Source of the DNA: a virus
IMG/VR virus record: IMGVR_UViG_3300002448_000161
Length of the DNA stretch: 64,000 nucleotides
Reading direction: 5' to 3' (one strand)
Shown here: positions 26,334 to 35,639 of the stretch, piece after piece
Layout of the letters: every line of letters begins with the position of its first letter
Numbering within the stretch: the first letter of the stretch is position 1
Notes under the pieces: generated by a model
Databases searched by the model: none
Told to the model about the DNA's origin: nothing
The model's input: the letters and a program-made list of their open reading frames with translations, nothing else
Program-made: the position numbers and the translations under genes

Positions 26334-27653
26334 CTACTGGAAAAGGGAGGGCGATTGCTCTGCCGGTTGGGCCTGTGGCCCGCCTTGGAACGGTTCACCC
26401 GGCGGGTTGGGGCTGTCTTCGTCCTCGGTCGAGACGTATTCGCGGGCGAAGACCTCGTCGTTGTGGTCCAGCATGCTGTCCCCGAAGGGGTCGTCCACGA
26501 CCTTCGCCGGTTCGGCGGCGGGTGTTTCCGGCTGGCCAGCCGATGGCTGGGCTGACTCTTCGGTGGGAGCGTTATCGCCCAGCTGTTCCCAGGTTACGTC
26601 TTGGTTCTGGCTGCCTGCGGCCGGGATGGTTTCATTGGCCTGGGCCGCTTCCGGCGCACCTGGGGCGGTGGGCACCTGGACGCTCTCCACCGGCCTGTCT
26701 TCCTGTGGTGCAGGCTGGTGTTCGATGATCTTGTCCTGGCCTACTTGGCCAGGCTCCAGCTCCTTCCGGGCCGTGGCGGGTATTTCGCCCGGGGGTACCG
26801 GACCGTTCTGGCCTTGGCCTTCAGTCAGCGCCGCAGGCTCTTCCAGGTTTCCGCTCAGCAACTGGCGTTTCTGGTCGGCCTCCAGGTAACTGTTCAGCTC
26901 TTTGAGGCAGTAGTCCTCGTAGCGGCTCATGCCGATCTTTTCAAGATCGTTGAGCTCACCGACCTTGAGGAAGGTTGCTCGGGTGTACGGGTCTCCGGTG
27001 TCGTTCTCGTCGGCCTCTAGGCTGATGGCGGTTACGACGCGGCTCAGTCTTTTGAAGTCGGTGAAGAGCCGGGTCTTGTACGTGTTGAAGTTCGTGATCG
27101 ACGTTACCGGCAGCTGTATGATCACCGGCATCATGCTGTTCTCGGTCAGGAGGAAGAGGGTTCTCTTTTCTGGACAGCGTTTGCTGCGTGATTCAGGCCG
27201 TTCCGGGTTGCTTCCCGGCTGGTTGAACTTGCAGCTGAAGCAGTCGGCGCCCGGTTCTCCCTTTTCAGGAACCGTTCCGGGAGGTTGGTGCCGGTAATTG
27301 CCTTTCTCGCCGTCCAGCGAGTAGCAATCCGGTGGTCGTGCGGGTTCCCCGTGCTTGCGCCGCTCGAACCACATGGCCCGCGGTCGGTTGTACTGCAGGA
27401 TGATTCCCTTTATCGTTTCCGGGTGGGTAGTGCCCTCTGCGTTGGTCACCGTCCACACTGTGGTCCCGCCCGCCGGGAGCCGGATGCGTTCCAGGCTCCT
27501 TTCGTTGAACTCATCGTTGCCGATGTCCTCGCGGAAAACGTGCTCGATTTCCTTGAGGTCAGCCTCGCTGAGCTTCAGCGCGTCGAATCTGGCTTCCTCG
27601 AAGCCTTGGTCGACGGCCGTGGGCTCGTCTTTCACCGCTTGTTCCATGCTCAT
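26334..27653 (-). CDS. Phage-like putative ssDNA-binding protein with Cys motif and long acidic/Pro tail
   Basis: RIRLPAGG, CYSLDG...CFSC...C and IQLPVTS, a pattern recalled from phage replication modules. Disordered C-terminus ending SLFQ. Confidence 0.5.
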   Translation of the reverse strand: MSMEQAVKDEPTAVDQGFEEARFDALKLSEADLKEIEHVFREDIGNDEFNERSLERIRLPAGGTTVWTVTNAEGTTHPETIKGIILQYNRPRAMWFERRKHGEPARPPDCYSLDGEKGNYRHQPPGTVPEKGEPGADCFSCKFNQPGSNPERPESRSKRCPEKRTLFLLTENSMMPVIIQLPVTSITNFNTYKTRLFTDFKRLSRVVTAISLEADENDTGDPYTRATFLKVGELNDLEKIGMSRYEDYCLKELNSYLEADQKRQLLSGNLEEPAALTEGQGQNGPVPPGEIPATARKELEPGQVGQDKIIEHQPAPQEDRPVESVQVPTAPGAPEAAQANETIPAAGSQNQDVTWEQLGDNAPTEESAQPSAGQPETPAAEPAKVVDDPFGDSMLDHNDEVFAREYVSTEDEDSPNPPGEPFQGGPQAQPAEQSPSLFQ

Positions 27654-27797
27654 ACGTTGTACCTACTTTTCAGTCGTTTTGTCTTTTTTCAGGCTGGTTG
27701 CTTAACTTAATTTGGCGGTTGTTGGCCGGGTTTCCGCCTGCCCGGTGGCGCCGGAGCCTTTTTCCGGACCGTTGGTTGCTTCTCCTGCATGGGCCGG

Positions 27798-28211
27798 TCA
27801 GCCCTTCTCGCTGTCCCGGAACCTGAGACGAATCACCTCCTCGATTTTTATGTAGTTTGATGCGGGATGTGGCATGCAGGCGCCCTTTTTAAGCAGCTGC
27901 CGGCCTAGTTCTTTCAGCTTGTTTCCGTCGATCTGGCTTCGCAGGACGGTTTCCAGCTTGCTGGCTCTTAGGGCCCGCTGGGCCTGGTCGGTGTTACCGT
28001 CCTCGCCGTGCTTTACGTGGGCTACGACCTCTCTCTGCATGTACAGCAGGTTGTCGCCGACTCGTAGTTGCCGGGTTTCGGCGTCGATCATCCGCTCTAT
28101 CAGCTCCGTTTCCGACACTCCCAGTGCCGTGTTGACCTGGTGGAGCTCGTTCTCCAGTTGTCTCTTCCGTCGGACTAATTCCATGTGATAGGCCACCCTT
28201 GCGGGGTTCAT
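27798..28211 (-). CDS. Hypothetical coiled-coil protein
   Basis: First gene of the uvrD operon. N-terminal coiled coil. Confidence 0.6.
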   Translation of the reverse strand: MNPARVAYHMELVRRKRQLENELHQVNTALGVSETELIERMIDAETRQLRVGDNLLYMQREVVAHVKHGEDGNTDQAQRALRASKLETVLRSQIDGNKLKELGRQLLKKGACMPHPASNYIKIEEVIRLRFRDSEKG

Positions 28212-28490
28212 TCTGTCCTCTCAGTCTGTTATTGCGCCTAGGTGGCCGCGCGGTTCCCAGCGGCCTGATAGTGTTTTGCTACCGTCAGTTAATTTTCTTG
28301 GGAGCCATAATATACCGGTATTTTAATACACTAACGGAAGCGGCCTGCAGGGTGCGTTATGACAGGTATTCTCTACTTTTTGAAGTATAATTTTCCGGTT
28401 CGATTACTTGCAATGAGGAAATGTCAGTAGTCTGAAAAACTTTCGTTTGTGAAAGTCATTACCCCGCTTGTTTGCGGTAGGCTTGGTTCT

Positions 28491-29129
28491 ATGGATCAAA
28501 TACTTGACCTTTTGGGCAATGCGACTACGGTCATGGTGGCCATCGGCGCCGCTCTCGGCGGCGTGTTCATTGTTTACTGCGGCTACCTTTTTATGAGTTC
28601 CCTGGGGGACCCGCACAAGGTGGCCCAGGCGCGAGGCGCGGGCGTCGGCGTGGTGATCGGTCTGGTCATTATGGGAATGTCATTCCTGATTCCCACTTTT
28701 GTCTCTGACACCATTGTTGAGCCGGCGGGCGGCGTTTCCGTTCAGTCCCGGAATTCTGTTGATTGTGATGAGCTCTTTCGGGATTTGCTTGTTGGCAATT
28801 CCACTATTAATACGCCTGCGCGTATGAATAATGCTATTGGCCAGATTCGCGCTTCTAACGATCAGTGTCCTCAGGAGCTCTGGGATCCTGATGTTTCTGA
28901 TTCCGTGGTGGCGGGTGCTGAGTGCCAGGACAGCACTGGTGTGTTGAATGGCGTGACTATACCTACCTCCCTGCGGGAGGGCGGTCCTACCGGTGAGGTT
29001 AACAATGACACTTATCGCAGCCGTGGCGGAATGGTGATTTACTTCGGTCCCCTGAAGCGGCCTTCGGATGGCGCTCCCTGTTGGGTTTACATTGCTCGCC
29101 TTCGGACGTGGTTGAGTCATTACCGCTGA
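28491..29129 (+). CDS. TrbC/VirB2-like pilin fused to a 4-Cys extracellular domain (copy 1)
   Basis: Two hydrophobic helices around GDPHKVAQAR, then VVIGLVI. C-terminal domain shared with three other copies. Confidence 0.7.
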   Translation: MDQILDLLGNATTVMVAIGAALGGVFIVYCGYLFMSSLGDPHKVAQARGAGVGVVIGLVIMGMSFLIPTFVSDTIVEPAGGVSVQSRNSVDCDELFRDLLVGNSTINTPARMNNAIGQIRASNDQCPQELWDPDVSDSVVAGAECQDSTGVLNGVTIPTSLREGGPTGEVNNDTYRSRGGMVIYFGPLKRPSDGAPCWVYIARLRTWLSHYR

Positions 29130-29185
29130 TTTTGGGGCCGGTTCGGGCCCGGTCTGTTTAAAACCTTTAAGGAGGAGGAATTTCA

Positions 29186-29890
29186 ATGGATGAATTTGTC
29201 ACTGCGATCGGCGGGCTGACCCGTCTTTTGCTCATCTGCGGCGGCAGCATTTCCGGCGTCGCCGTCGTGTTTGTCGGTTATAACTTCATGCTGGGCCAAG
29301 GGGATCCCAGCAAGATGGCCCAGGCGAAGATGGGTCTGATCGGCGTCGTTGTCGGTTTGATCGTGATGGGCATGGCCTTCATTTTGCCGAACGTCGTTTC
29401 CGAGGCGGTCCTTGAGCCGGTTGGCGGCGTTGCTCTTACGACCGATTCAGGCACCAGTTGCGACGGTATTTTGCAGAACCAGTTGGTGTTCCAGCGCGGC
29501 GCTTCCAATGCCTCTAGGATAAAGCAGGTCATCTCGCAGATACAGGTTCAGCGGGGCGAGTGTGCTCGCGAGGTCTGGAACCCTGTCGTCATGACGACGG
29601 GTGTTAGTTCTACAGACGTCACTAAGTCGGAACGGAACCTTAGTAACTGCTTTGCCGCGGGTGATGAAACTGCCGCTCCGTCTGGGACTTTGAAGGTGGG
29701 TGATAATACTGTTCCGTCAGGGCTTCGATTGGAGAATGACCTTTCTAAGTGGCCGCGCCGCGCTTCTGGTCGTGACGGAGCAAATAATATCATTGTATAT
29801 TGGTCTACTGATGCTGAAGAGAAACCGTCTGACGGCTCTCTCTGCTGGATGTATGTTGCCCGTCTCGGGGTTTGGTCACAGAGCTATTAG
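29186..29890 (+). CDS. TrbC/VirB2-like pilin fused to a 4-Cys extracellular domain (copy 2)
   Basis: AAGGAGGAGG RBS, GDPSKMAQAK..LIGVVVGLIV. Paralog of the upstream gene. Confidence 0.72.
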   Translation: MDEFVTAIGGLTRLLLICGGSISGVAVVFVGYNFMLGQGDPSKMAQAKMGLIGVVVGLIVMGMAFILPNVVSEAVLEPVGGVALTTDSGTSCDGILQNQLVFQRGASNASRIKQVISQIQVQRGECAREVWNPVVMTTGVSSTDVTKSERNLSNCFAAGDETAAPSGTLKVGDNTVPSGLRLENDLSKWPRRASGRDGANNIIVYWSTDAEEKPSDGSLCWMYVARLGVWSQSY

Positions 29891-29901
29891 TCCATGTAAG
29901 G

Positions 29902-29932
29902 CGGCCCGGGACTTCACCCGGGCCGTTTCTTT
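29902..29932 (+). terminator. Intrinsic terminator after the pilin pair
   Basis: CGGCCCGGG-acttca-CCCGGGCCG followed by TTTCTTT. Confidence 0.8.
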
Positions 29933-32553
29933 CAGTCGATGCGGACCCGCTCGTATCGGTTGTCCGCTGGCATCCATAGTTGCCAGTCAGCCGGTCTTAT
30001 CGGCTGCAGCGCGTCCTCGCCCACGGGTTCAAGCTCTATCTGCCCTTCCTTATTCCTCAGTATGTACTTAATCCCTTCCTGCCAGATCGGCTCCTCGGTG
30101 GTCCCCTCGTCGAGGGCTTTCTTTCTTGGGCTGTAGTATCTTATCCTCGTGCCAGGCTGGAGTACCCGCCACCAGCTGGTCTGTTCGTCCTGGCTCGTTG
30201 GAGCCTGTTGTTGCCTCTCGTCGAGCCATTGCAGGAAGAGCCGAGCGGTCTTCCTTTCTATGCGCTCCAGCTTTGTTTTCTCGTCGGTCGCAGACCTGAG
30301 CAGGCTGTCGGCGTAATCCCTCAGGTTTTCGAACAGGTGGTTCGTTAGCCCGAGCCCGCCGATCACATCGTCGTAAACGACTAGGGAGTTTTCGCTCAGC
30401 ATGCAGCCTTTGGCGCTTTTCAGGAAGATGTTGTCGGCCACGAAGTCGATGTCGCCGCTGGCTATGCTTCTGCGGTAGCACAGATGGCTCTTGAGCGTCT
30501 TGGCGAGCTGTACCCGGTTGGCCCAACCCTGGCTGTCGTTACCCTGAAACCACTCGCTGTCAATGGTGATGTGCAGTCCGGTCGTCCCGTAGGTCCGTTG
30601 TTTGCGGCTCTTGCCCGGGTCTATGCGGGACAGGTTTTCGTACAGGACCGGAGGGTCTCCCGTTTTAACGAATCCTTCCACCGATTGGATAATGTTCATG
30701 GCGGTTCTCTGGTAGAACCCCCTTTCTTTCTCCTTCAGGTCCTGGCTGTTTCTGGTCTGGTCCAGGTCAATAACGGCGAGCTGCCGTTCCAGGCTATGTG
30801 TTCTCTCTCGGACCGAAGGGATTTGCTGCATCTTTATGCGCCCCTCTTTGCTGCTGCGGTTTCGGGCCCATTCCTGAACCTCGTAGCACTTCCCGTAATG
30901 TCGGTAGATGGCGCCGGGGTAAGCCTCGTTCATGGCGTAGGGAAGGCTTATCGTTCCCACTTTCCGCTGTTCCGGCTGGCTCTGTCCGTGCCCTTGGTCT
31001 ACAGCCATCAGCTGCAGTTCTTCTTCTCCTGTACTTCTCATGGTGTGATTGAGCTGCGGCGGTCCGCTGGCCGGGGGCCTTATTGAATTGAGCCTTGGCG
31101 TTCGGCTGTGGGCTTCCCTCATCAGTTGCTGGAATCCATCCGGCCAGCGGCAGTTTTCCGGTGGAATCATGGCGTTGGCGCCCCTCGTTTCCAGTTCCTG
31201 TTTCAGGCACCTGGCCTGGTGGTATCCGATGTGTTCGTTGTTAATGTACAGGTTGGTCGCCTCGACGCTTTCGCGAATGTAATCCTCCATTGAGTCGCCG
31301 TAGGCTTCGAACTGGCTGCTGGGAGCGACTATTATGAACGTCCCCGGGCTGGTCCTGCCGATTCGGCCCAATCTCTGATGCAGCTGCTTGCGCGTCGTTG
31401 GGAGTCCCACGTTAAGGCCGTAGCTCAGGTCCGGCATGTCAATGCCCATTTCGAGGGCGGAGGTGCTTACCACGCCCCTTATGGCCCCTCGGCGGAGCTG
31501 GTCTTCGATGTCCTTTCTCTCGCTTCCCAGGTAGCCTGAACGGTACGGGACTATGTCGTCGGGTCTTCCGGCATACTGCACAATTCTTTCTACGCCTTGG
31601 CGTGAGTCATGGAAAGTGATGATTTGGGCGCTTGGGTCCGCGTTGATGATTGCGTTCATCAACCTGGCGGTGGTTTGTTCCAGGACGTGGCTGCCTCCGT
31701 CGGCGGGAACGTGGTGGATTTCCCTCGCCTGGCGCGGGGCGCCGCACATCTCCTGTGCAACGCTTTCGAAGTCCTGGCCGGTCAGGTTTTTCATGTGCTG
31801 CGCCGGTTCTAGTATTGTGGCCGTGGCAGCTATAAACTGGACATTCTTCCTGTGGGTCTCGGCCATTGCGGCGCTGATTAGCCTTCGGAACATGTACGCC
31901 GCGTTGGATCCGAACACTGAGTCGTAGGTGTGTGCTTCGTCAATGATTACCAGCTTCAGTTTTGCCAGGAATCTGGCCTGGGCTGACTGTCCCTGGGTTC
32001 GCAGCAGCCATGCGTGGCACACGTCCGGTGTCATCGCTACCACCTTTGCCCGGTCCAGGATGGCCGTCCGGTGCTGCATCTGGGTATCGCCGTCTATGCG
32101 GCCTATGGCGTTTCCGGGCAAACCGGCTGCCTGCGCGGCCTCCCTCCATTTTTCAGCCTGGTCATTCCCCAGCGCCTTGATCGGGTAGAGTACCAGCGCT
32201 GTTGCGTCCGTTTCCGTTGTTACCTGCATGGCATGGCTTTGGAAGATCAGCGTCTTTCCTGACGCCGTCGCCGTTGAGACTACCAGGTTGGCGCCGGTGC
32301 CCAGGATTTCCAGCGAGAGCGCCTGGTGGCTCCATATCTTTCCTTGGGCGTCAACCCTGTGGATCAGGGTTCCTGCGGCCCCATGCTGGTATTTATCGGG
32401 CGCGGCGCTCCGCTTTTCGGGCTCGGCCGGTACGGTCAGCGATTCCAGCGCCGCGCAGCCGATGCACAGGCTGAGACTCCCGTTAGGGTCCGTTCTGGCG
32501 GCTGTGGCCGGCTGGTGACACCTTGAACATTTTAGTCCTGTCGAGCTGGTCAT
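29932..32553 (-). CDS. DEAH-box SF2 helicase, MrfA/YprA/Hrq1-like
   Basis: TATASGKT, YPIKALGNDQ, DEAHTY, STSALEMGID, QRLGRIGR, and the DUF1998-like YDDVIGGLG. N-terminal CxxC..CxxC. Confidence 0.85.
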   Translation of the reverse strand: MTSSTGLKCSRCHQPATAARTDPNGSLSLCIGCAALESLTVPAEPEKRSAAPDKYQHGAAGTLIHRVDAQGKIWSHQALSLEILGTGANLVVSTATASGKTLIFQSHAMQVTTETDATALVLYPIKALGNDQAEKWREAAQAAGLPGNAIGRIDGDTQMQHRTAILDRAKVVAMTPDVCHAWLLRTQGQSAQARFLAKLKLVIIDEAHTYDSVFGSNAAYMFRRLISAAMAETHRKNVQFIAATATILEPAQHMKNLTGQDFESVAQEMCGAPRQAREIHHVPADGGSHVLEQTTARLMNAIINADPSAQIITFHDSRQGVERIVQYAGRPDDIVPYRSGYLGSERKDIEDQLRRGAIRGVVSTSALEMGIDMPDLSYGLNVGLPTTRKQLHQRLGRIGRTSPGTFIIVAPSSQFEAYGDSMEDYIRESVEATNLYINNEHIGYHQARCLKQELETRGANAMIPPENCRWPDGFQQLMREAHSRTPRLNSIRPPASGPPQLNHTMRSTGEEELQLMAVDQGHGQSQPEQRKVGTISLPYAMNEAYPGAIYRHYGKCYEVQEWARNRSSKEGRIKMQQIPSVRERTHSLERQLAVIDLDQTRNSQDLKEKERGFYQRTAMNIIQSVEGFVKTGDPPVLYENLSRIDPGKSRKQRTYGTTGLHITIDSEWFQGNDSQGWANRVQLAKTLKSHLCYRRSIASGDIDFVADNIFLKSAKGCMLSENSLVVYDDVIGGLGLTNHLFENLRDYADSLLRSATDEKTKLERIERKTARLFLQWLDERQQQAPTSQDEQTSWWRVLQPGTRIRYYSPRKKALDEGTTEEPIWQEGIKYILRNKEGQIELEPVGEDALQPIRPADWQLWMPADNRYERVRID

Positions 32554-32596
32554 CGGCGATATCCCCTTTGGTCTGTCGGTTTGCTCCTCTGGTTGA

Positions 32597-33061
32597 TCAA
32601 CGTCGTTGGACTGGAGGTTCCAGGAGAATTATCGTGCATTGTTCCAACCCGCTTAATCTGGTTTCTATCTCTGCGCGGACCGCGTTCCAGGGCAGTCCGC
32701 CGAGCCCGCAGCCCAGTGGCGGGATGGCAATTGATGCTATTGCCCTCTTGGTCAGCTCTTCGGCCAGGGTGTCCAGTCCTTCCTGGATGTATTCCAGTCT
32801 GCTGGGACGGCGGTAGTCGTTCTTGGTTGGGAAGTTAACTATCCACTCCGGGGTCTCCCGGCCGGTGTTGAACCAGTTGAGGCGCCCTGGCTTGATCAGC
32901 CCCTGGGCGCATTCCCTGCGGTATTGCGCCGTGTTGGCCGGGTAGCGGCGGCTGAATTGCTTCGCCAGTCCTGCTCCCATCGGTCCCAGGCAATTGGTGG
33001 GATTCACGATGGCCTGAGCCTCGGACTCGAAGATGTTCCCGGTGTGGTAGGCCAGCATCAC
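32597..33061 (-). CDS. Macrodomain ADP-ribose glycohydrolase (DarG/TARG-like)
   Basis: GNIF, IVNPTNC.G.MGAGLA.QF, NFPTK and SIAIPPLGCGLGGL.W. Confidence 0.9.
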   Translation of the reverse strand: MMLAYHTGNIFESEAQAIVNPTNCLGPMGAGLAKQFSRRYPANTAQYRRECAQGLIKPGRLNWFNTGRETPEWIVNFPTKNDYRRPSRLEYIQEGLDTLAEELTKRAIASIAIPPLGCGLGGLPWNAVRAEIETRLSGLEQCTIILLEPPVQRR

Positions 33062-33067
33062 CGCCTC

Positions 33068-33571
33068 CTAAAGCAGTTTGGGTCCTGACTGGGTTGTCGC
33101 CGTGTTCTTGGGCCGCGGCGCTGGCGGCGGCTTCTTGGTCGTGGTTGTAGCGGCCAGTGTACCCGCTGGCGGAGACGGCTTGGTCTTTGATTTCTTCGCG
33201 TCGTACTTGTTCAGCTGAGGCTGCTTGTCCCACTGGTCCTTCGCCTTGCGCACCAACCCGGCGATGGGCTCGCCCAGCGCTTCGATCTCACTTTCTTCCA
33301 ACGTGTAGAAGACCGGGTAGGTCTCCTTGCCCTGTATTCCCACCGTGATCTTCTCGTCAAGCCGTATCACGATCTTCAGCTCCGGTTTGTCCGGCTGGGG
33401 GGTCTCTGATGCGGTAGCTTCTCCTTTTGGTTCCGCCTTTTCCCCTGGCGCTGTGCTGCCCTCTTCGCCTTCTTCCGCGTTCTCGTCGTCTTCGGTAAGT
33501 TCTACGGGTTCGGTTTCGTCCTCTTCTTCGGACAGGTCTATGATCCTGGTTTCGTCATTTTCCTGCGTCAT
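33068..33571 (-). CDS. Acidic/Lys-Pro-rich hypothetical protein in the PRTRC cassette (possibly protein E-like)
   Basis: Acidic N-terminus, small central domain and basic low-complexity tail. Adjacent to E1. Confidence 0.5.
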   Translation of the reverse strand: MTQENDETRIIDLSEEEDETEPVELTEDDENAEEGEEGSTAPGEKAEPKGEATASETPQPDKPELKIVIRLDEKITVGIQGKETYPVFYTLEESEIEALGEPIAGLVRKAKDQWDKQPQLNKYDAKKSKTKPSPPAGTLAATTTTKKPPPAPRPKNTATTQSGPKLL

Positions 33572-33590
33572 GCCGTTGCGGTTCCTTCTT

Positions 33591-34385
33591 TCAGGATATT
33601 ACTTTCTTGATGTTTTCCGGCGTTGCTGCGATTGTCGTGAGATTACCGAACTCCAGGTTCAGGTATTGGGCCATGTGGTTGCACCGGCCGGTCACCAACC
33701 GGTAGACCGTGTTGTTGGCCAGCGTGGCCATAGCGTCGTTAATGGCCGGGTCCTGTTCCTGCAGCATCACTGCCATGGCGCAGTCCCGGTCGGGGTTGTA
33801 TTCTTCGACCGCGTCGATCAGCAGCCCTGGCTGCTGGGTTCCTGGCGTTGGCAGCTTTTGGATCAGGTTAATTCCTTCCACCTCGCGGTAATAGTCCGTG
33901 ACGGGCTTTTTGCTATCCGCCGTGGCGTTCCCGATCAGCAGCTGCCCGGTGTTTTCGCTGTTCCCGACATCGATGTACCAGCCGTGGCCTCTCGGTAGTC
34001 CCGACCGGTCCGGCTTGTATAGCTCATCGAGCGTTCTTCTGGCCTTGGCGTTGTCGACGCAGCCTATGATTAACTCCGCTCGGTTGAGGTTGTGCGCTGA
34101 AGCCTTTTCGGGGATGGCCGTTACCTTTCTTCGGAAGTTCCTGGCCAGCCTCTCGGCCAGCGTCAGGGCTTTATTTTTGCCCAGGTCCTTCTCGTAGAAG
34201 CCTTGACGGAGCAGGTTGTGTGGTTCCACCTCGTCGTGGTCGATCAGGATCAGGTCCACGGTTGTTCCGGTGAGCAGTCTCATCAGCTTTTCGGCGAGCA
34301 GGCTTCCTGTGCCGCCGCAGCCGACTATTGCGACTTTGTGGACCTTTGGGCAGCTGACTTTGCTTTCTAACGATGCCATTTTCAT
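33591..34385 (-). CDS. E1 / ThiF-family adenylase (PRTRC ThiF)
   Basis: VGCGGTG, DHDEVEPHNLLRQ and IGCVDN, with a candidate catalytic Cys in DRDCA. Confidence 0.9.
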   Translation of the reverse strand: MKMASLESKVSCPKVHKVAIVGCGGTGSLLAEKLMRLLTGTTVDLILIDHDEVEPHNLLRQGFYEKDLGKNKALTLAERLARNFRRKVTAIPEKASAHNLNRAELIIGCVDNAKARRTLDELYKPDRSGLPRGHGWYIDVGNSENTGQLLIGNATADSKKPVTDYYREVEGINLIQKLPTPGTQQPGLLIDAVEEYNPDRDCAMAVMLQEQDPAINDAMATLANNTVYRLVTGRCNHMAQYLNLEFGNLTTIAATPENIKKVIS

Positions 34386-34999
34386 TCCTCGGCTATTTCA
34401 GTCAGTTTAATTCTTCGGAATACCCCGTAGATCCCCAGGCGGAGCTGGAACGCGTTGTGCGTTCCCGCTGCGGTCTTGCGGGTACCCGCGACGCCGTAGA
34501 TCCTGAATCCCTGCTCGTCGGCGTTGTCGGTGCTCGAGAAGAACGGCTGTGACCTTCCGTGGGAGTGCAGTTCCAGCACAGCATTTTGCTGTTTGTCGTA
34601 TTCCAGCGCGGTCGCCGTGCCACTTTGGCCCGGTCTGGCGGCTTTGTATGTCCCGGTCTCAGGATCCCATGTGATGCTGAACAGCCGTTCGGTGTCCAGG
34701 TCTTCCATGGTCCACAGGATTTGCTCTCTGATGGCTTTGGCCGGCAGCTTCCCGTTGGGCAGCGTTATACTTTCCTGCTCTTCATCGAGGCCTCTGATGG
34801 CCACGTCTGAGGGGGCTACCAGAGTCGTTGCCTCCAGTGATTCGCTGCTTGCAGTGATGAAGATCCCGTTGGCCGCGGTGATGTATGTGTAGGCCCGTCC
34901 TCTTGCACCTGAGTAACCGTTGCGGTTCTTGAAGACGTAGCCGGCGGGCAGGTCTGCCAGCTCCAGCTCACCTATTGTAGGTTTCGTTGAAGGTCCCAT
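34382..34999 (-). CDS. JAB/MPN metallopeptidase (PRTRC protein A-like)
   Basis: ELHSHG...FFSSTDNADE (HxH..S..D). Confidence 0.9.
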   Translation of the reverse strand: MGPSTKPTIGELELADLPAGYVFKNRNGYSGARGRAYTYITAANGIFITASSESLEATTLVAPSDVAIRGLDEEQESITLPNGKLPAKAIREQILWTMEDLDTERLFSITWDPETGTYKAARPGQSGTATALEYDKQQNAVLELHSHGRSQPFFSSTDNADEQGFRIYGVAGTRKTAAGTHNAFQLRLGIYGVFRRIKLTEIAEE

Positions 35000-35639
35000 G
35001 GTATCTCAAGGACTCCTTGGGGAATTTTCGTTTGCCGTCGATGTCGCGCCACAGGCTGAGTATGCTGTCCTGGTGGCTGGCGAGCATGCCGGTGCCCTGG
35101 TGGGGACTGAACCGGCTCTCGAAGAAGGACGCCGGGATTTTGTCCGGCTGGGACGGGAATATGTGGTTTCCCGGGCACGATGTGCCGTTCTCGAAGCAGT
35201 TCAGCAGTGGGGCTTTATAGACGGCTTCGTCGCCTGTTTTCGGCCTGGCCAGGGCCGCGAAGATTACCGGCGGCCGGTTCGCTGAGCAGGTGAACAGCAG
35301 CCCCGGCAGGGGAATCTTTAATTGCTCGGGCTTGGTCGCGGCGCCGGTGACCAGTGTTACCGGCCAGGTCCTGGGCGGAACCCAGATCGTGAATTCCGGG
35401 CCGGCCTTGGTGTTCCGGTAGTGGACGGTTCCCTCTGGCAGCAGTGGCGTGCTGCTCTGCAGGTTTCTCTGAATCACGCGCAACAGGGCGTCTCCGTCCA
35501 CGTGCGTTAGGGTGATACCATTGTCCAGGTACCTGGTCAGCACCAGGCCGCTCTCGTAGCAGTCCAGCCGGTGGGTTAGCTTTCCTTCGTCGGTCTGGAA
35601 GTCCAGCTTGTCGGGGTCGAATTCCAGTCCTGCTATCAC
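34968..35639 (-). CDS. Prokaryotic E2-like protein (PRTRC protein B-like)
   Basis: IPLPGLLF and YKAPLLNCFENG.SC.G, the conserved Cys motif of prokaryotic E2 family D. Confidence 0.8.
   Translation of the reverse strand: MIAGLEFDPDKLDFQTDEGKLTHRLDCYESGLVLTRYLDNGITLTHVDGDALLRVIQRNLQSSTPLLPEGTVHYRNTKAGPEFTIWVPPRTWPVTLVTGAATKPEQLKIPLPGLLFTCSANRPPVIFAALARPKTGDEAVYKAPLLNCFENGTSCPGNHIFPSQPDKIPASFFESRFSPHQGTGMLASHQDSILSLWRDIDGKRKFPKESLRYHGTFNETYNR

Noticed and set aside
12574-28458. Exact 13-mer TTTGTGAAAGTCA at 12574-12586 and 28446-28458, with GTGAAAGT also near 46398
   Set aside because: Several chance 13-mer matches are expected in 64 kb. The spacing does not fit a CRP site, so the evidence is too weak despite the promoter-like locations.
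32597-34385. CBASS, Bil or DarTG defence system call
   Set aside because: There is no CD-NTase, no DarT and no Bil-type architecture. The gene set and order match PRTRC instead.
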